Assembly: GCA_964016885.1 (NCBI GenBank)
Contig: OZ024740.1
Coordinates: 367,598,001 to 367,662,000, forward strand
Direction of reading: 5' to 3'
Source of the DNA: Eledone cirrhosa
Taxonomy: Eukaryota
DNA length: 64,000 nt
Shown: positions 58,586 through 64,000 of the stretch, in pieces
How positions within the stretch are numbered: the first letter of the stretch is position 1
Layout: each line of letters opens with the position of its first letter
The notes under the pieces: model-generated
What the model saw: only the letters and a program-made list of their open reading frames with translations
Database searches by the model: none
Told to the model about the DNA's origin: nothing
Made by a program: the position numbers and the translations under genes

Positions 58586-58679
<94 letters not shown>

Positions 58680-58766
58680 AATATATATATATATATATTT
58701 ACTACCCTAAGTATTGAGTACTCTGGTGCGTTATGGTCCATCTTGTTCCTTACCACAACTTCTTCA

Positions 58767-58841
<75 letters not shown>

Positions 58842-58953
58842 TTGAAATAAAATGAAAACGAAATTTCATTTCTCACTCTTAGTACGGCACTTACTTAAAT
58901 GTAAGTATGTGTGTATACGTACATACATATATGTATACAGACGTACAGTAGCA

Positions 58954-59063
<110 letters not shown>

Positions 59064-59228
59064 TACATACAGGTACACATACATATATGCACGTATCAGT
59101 TTAGCGGACGCTTATTATAACGCCGCTTTGTTCGTTTGTAAACAAACTGAACAGCCTGAATGTTATGCCGTACGGTGTTAAGGCAACCACGTCACCTTTT
59201 CACCTTTTTGTTCAACACTGACACAGGA

Positions 59229-59271
59229 ACGATGTACTGGTTTCAAGCTTGTTAGCTATCATCAGCACCGT
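59229..59271 (-). ncRNA. Minimal type-I hammerhead ribozyme (inverted arm)
   Basis: Minus strand: ACGGTG-CTGATGA-tagctaacaagctt-GAAA-CCAG-TA-CATCGT. Confidence 0.8.
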
Positions 59272-59524
59272 ATACCCATCTGCCAGATAGTTGAACGTTC
59301 GAAAGTATATACTTTCCTTATGAAAATGAAAATTAACGGCTGAGCAGCCTAATTTGCATATCGAGTGAGTTATGTCGTTTTCATTTTATTTCAACTTATC
59401 GTTCTCGGTATGCCTGACCGACATAACTTACTTGATATGCAAATTAGGCTGCTCAGCCGTTAATTTTCATTTTCATAAGGAAAGTATATACTTTCGAACG
59501 TTCAACTATCTGGCAGATGGGTAT

Positions 59525-59567
59525 ACGGTGCTGATGATAGCTAACAAGCTTGAAACTAGTACATCGT
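59525..59567 (+). ncRNA. Minimal type-I hammerhead ribozyme
   Basis: ACGGTG-CTGATGA-tAGCT aaca AGCTt-GAAA-CTAG-TA-CATCGT. Confidence 0.87.
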
Positions 59568-59724
59568 TCCTGTGTCAGTGTTGAACAAAAAGGTGACGTG
59601 GTTGCCTTAACACCGTACGGCATAACATTCAGACTGTTCAGTTTGTTTACAAACGAACAAAGCGGCGTTATAATAAGCGTCCGCTAAACTGATACGTGCA
59701 TATATGTATGTGTACCTGTATGTA

Positions 59725-59780
<56 letters not shown>

Positions 59781-60121
59781 TGCTACTGTACGTCTGTATA
59801 CATATATGTATGTACGTATACACACATACTTACATTTATATATATATATATACACAAACTCTCTCTCATACACATGCACACACACACAAATAAAGCTATA
59901 TACATATATATATAGTAATAATAATAAATTTGAAGACTAAAATCCAAAGAGGGCACGATAAGGATAAATATATATCAAATATATAAGAACCGTAGAGCAA
60001 ATATTTATTAAAATAACAGATTAAAGTTTAAGCAAAGAATCGCTGCTAAGGGTGAAAGCAGCGATTCTTTGCTTAAACTTTAATCTGTTATTTTAATAAA
60101 TACATATATATGTATAAATAT

Positions 60122-60168
<47 letters not shown>

Positions 60169-60192
60169 TATATGTATATGGGTGTGTATGTG

Positions 60193-60306
<114 letters not shown>

Positions 60307-60854
60307 TGGATTTTGTTTTGAATGAGAGTATGTGTAAAATGACACCTGTTCAAGTTTCCAATATTGATTAACTTAAAGTAGCATTTTATCGGAAAAACCT
60401 GATACAGCGTTTAAGAGATTAAGAGAACATGATGACACGAACAATGGTTATAAGCTGAAATAAAGTTAAATACTGATGTTAATTTTCTACTGTCAAGCAA
60501 AAAAAAGTTTTCATTTCTTCTAAACTGTCACTCATTTTAATGACAAGAAACGTGAAATCGTACCTCGAATCTCTAATGAGAAAGGGAACGTGAGCGTATT
60601 TTAAATTTACTATATATTTCAGGTATTATATGAAAACCAAGAAAGATAGACAGGCTCTAAATAATAGTTAATTTTCCTTTTCTCTACAAATATTTACTGG
60701 CAATTTCTTCCGTTGCAGACGAATCGGTGATTGAAACATGAGGGCTGTCGTGGGCGAGTTAATCCACACACACGCACATACACACACACACACACATACA
60801 CACACACACACATACACACACACACACGCGCACACACACGCTCTCTCTCTCTCG

Positions 60855-60890
<36 letters not shown>

Positions 60891-62518
60891 ACTTGCGCAA
60901 ACACATAATATGATTGCAGAAGAAAAGAGAGAGAATGCTGATAATTATTAGGCAAAGTTTAGATTCAAAACATAAATGTCGACCAACCATTCCTGGTTTA
61001 GTACTCTTCAAGAAGGCATTATTTGTACTTATTTGCAATTTAAAATTCAGAACGAGAATTAATCATTACCCACAGGATTTATAGAATAGAATTAGAAAGA
61101 TAAAAGATTCTAATTCCTTGCACGTCCACTCCAACAAAACTGCGAATCTCTATGAAGTTGAGACGCGTTCATACCATCGATTGTGTTTCATGCAATCAAC
61201 AAAGATTACTATAACACGGGCTGAAGTGTGATAAATTATTCTGGGGATCACTTCCGAAATAAATATCTATGATCAAACCGAACCACCGAATCCTGTCATT
61301 TCTCATTTTATATTGAATTTTCAAAAATCTGATCACGACAGTAATCCGTTTATTAGGCTAATTATATTTACAAATCCAATATAAGTAGGCATTGTAAAGA
61401 AATATTAGATAGAACTATACCCAGAACAAGAATAATTATATTCCAGAACAGGAATGATTCTTTCCTTGTGAAATATAGTCAAAATGGAATCCAAAGTAAG
61501 AAGCATAGCCGTGTAATCTAACTCGACACCAACAGTTATTATTCTCCTTTATCTTACAATTAATACTTATCTATTGCCAGGAATATAATAGATATTGAGA
61601 ATTTCGGACATGTTATTATAACGAATATTTGGAAGACTGCTGTGGGAGGACCGCTTTCGTTTCAGACAATAAGTGCTCCAGTAGATTCAATCGCCGTGAG
61701 ATTGATGTCTTAATAGGTGAAAATTCCACAGACAAGTGGCCTCTTAATGTAGTCCTCAGATACGTTCAGCGTGACATAATGGTTGTGAGGTTGGCACACA
61801 GAATTACAAGTATAACTTGAATGAAATCTCTATATACCCCACCCATCTAAACAACACAAACGCTCACACCAATATACACCTCAAAGACACGCGACTATCT
61901 TCTTGAAGTCTGATTGCGACAACAACAGCTACGAAAATAAATAAATAAATAAATAAATATATACAATAGCGACTTACCTACGTTTTGGCACCTTAATATA
62001 GTGAGCAACCACAGCTTCGTATATTGTCACTGGAGTGTTGCATTGTTAATCAAGCAGCCATGACTCAGGTTTTATACAAGAACATCTACTTTGGAGCTCT
62101 GTTGTTTATGCAGAGGCGTCAGTTCATGTCTGGTGAAAGCAATTTTGACCGTATGACTGTTAATGATGTGGTCGTATTTGTGTAGTAGAGGGAAGTATAT
62201 ATCTATGAGCGCTAAAATCTTCTTTGCAACATAAGCTTTGGCATTTAACGAGAAAGAATGCCAGAACTAGATTTTTGCTTTATATTTAGGTTTCTTTCCT
62301 ATTAGTATTTGGGGAGTGTACTGCTTCTATCCGTATGCTTAGTCATGACCATATTCATAGACTGGAGACCTGCACATTATGCATTGACAAAAAATAATGG
62401 ATATTGAATATTCTCCACAACAATATCAAACAACTTAAGACACTTATAGGGCCTTTCCCACGATATTCTCATATTACTAAACACCTTTTAAAGAAATGAC
62501 CTCCTTAATATTGTTTTA

Positions 62519-62556
<38 letters not shown>

Positions 62557-63465
62557 ATTCACAAGAATCAAAGCTATGTTCAAAGCATTTATTCACTTAC
62601 AATTGCTTCATCCAAACCTAGGCTTGGAGTCTTCGGACCATTTTTCAATGTTTGAACATATAATTGACCTCCTATCCAACGCAAGAGACATACAGATACA
62701 TGTATATATATTGATGTACAGTGGAGTGACATATATTATACTATACTATCTTTGTACAGCAATTCATATTCAAAATCAAAATCAAAATCAAAATTAAAAT
62801 ATATAACAATGTCAGACTTGAACCCATCACCGCATCTAACACCAGACCTCAAGGTCATGCCTTACGCCACAACACCACACTATCTGATCCACCCTCCCTC
62901 GACACAAATCATTCCATCTATCTATAACTTCATACCCTAGAAATATCCCCATAAACACCAACTTTTAATATAATTACTTTCAATTACTTATAATTATATA
63001 GTGATATAATACAGTCTATATAAACTTTAAATACTAGATACGGCAGTGAATTATATATGCAACTGTAATTAAATGTATGGAGTAATAACATTAGATATAT
63101 ATAGGATTAATTTATTAACATAAGGGATCTGTCTAACTTATATGTAGGGTGTTGCAATGAATTATATATGAATTATATATGCAAGTATAACTTGATGGGA
63201 AGATTAATGACATTGTAAATTAGGGATGTATTTGTCTGCTCTAGAAATGTATTTGGTTTTGTCATGCAAACAACCATACGCTGCTCCATAACGTACCAGG
63301 GGTTATGTAGACAAAATTCTAATAGGTCCTCTGATATGTTTTGGGAGTAGACTGTATTTACAGTGAACATTGATATAAAGATATGGCACTTTCTATTGAA
63401 GGTTCAATTGTAGCACTATATAATAAAGAGTAATAAACTTCCTATAGATACCTTTAATACATTGA

Positions 63466-63645
63466 TTGGCAGTATCGGTAGAGAGTCGGACGCATGCTTT
63501 GCAGCAAAGAGTTACGTCCCTTTATGGTCTGCTTCAAATCCTGCCGAGGTTAACTTTGCCTTTCATCCTTACGGGTTCGATAAAATAAAGCACCAGTAAT
63601 ACACTGGGATAATTGCTGGCCTTGTGCCAAATGTAGAAACAATTA
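63466..63645 (+). mobile_element. tRNA-derived SINE
   Basis: TGGCAGTATCGG..TTCAAATCCTGCCGAGG..GGCCTTGTGCC. Confidence 0.85.
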
Positions 63646-64000
63646 TGATAGCGTAGACTGTATTTAAAATTGAAAATTAGATATTAAGATATAACCTTTT
63701 ATATAAGGGACTCAATTGAGGCACCATATAATGTATGTTAGAACAATGAATTTAGTTATGAGAATCAGCTAGTTACTTCCCCTTATGCATTAACTCCCCT
63801 TAATTACGTACCTACTTCCGGGTAATAAACCACTGTGGATTCTGGCAGCAGAAAGAATCTATTCTATAAATGTGGATTAAATAACACTGAGCCTCAATAC
63901 GCTACTATAATTTAATGCATCAGACATTCAATACGGAATCATCGTAACATATGTGATGGATGTAATAACTGTCTTCCTTTTTCTGAATGAGAAAATGGTG

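Larger units (their letters stand above)
55097..58586. mobile_element. 5'-truncated Neptune-like PLE folded back on itself (~1.4 kb inverted arms around a GIY-YIG fragment)
   Basis: 55160-56550 is inverted relative to 57165-58586. HHR in each arm. (TA)n flanks. Confidence 0.9.

Noticed and set aside
61570-61830. Possible cadherin-like exon (YVTLNVSED on minus strand)
   Set aside because: Stops in frame and no DxNDN/LDRE motifs. Insufficient evidence.

Overview
AT-rich, repeat-saturated eukaryotic DNA with no host protein-coding gene that I can support. The recurrent tRNA-type SINE resembles octopus SINEs, so an octopod cephalopod is likely (inference). The window is a mosaic of (TA)n/(CA)n microsatellites. 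These carry at least ten Penelope-like retroelement (PLE) copies or fragments (RT + C-terminal GIY-YIG), a decayed RTE-type LINE, the 3' end of an RLE-type LINE, SINEs and a hAT MITE. Reading both strands by eye gives about 28 type-I hammerhead ribozyme (HHR) motifs in about 13 sequence families, some of them degenerate. Several sit in the pseudo-LTRs of coding PLEs, which is an established arrangement. Others sit in small non-coding units of about 430, 483, 729 and possibly 760 nt. These units are terminally redundant or circularly permuted, are often folded back head-to-head, and are inserted in (TA)n tracts. They look like retrozymes (ribozyme-processed, probably circular RNAs) mobilised by co-resident PLEs. 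All folds and coordinates were worked out by hand, and element edges are approximate.
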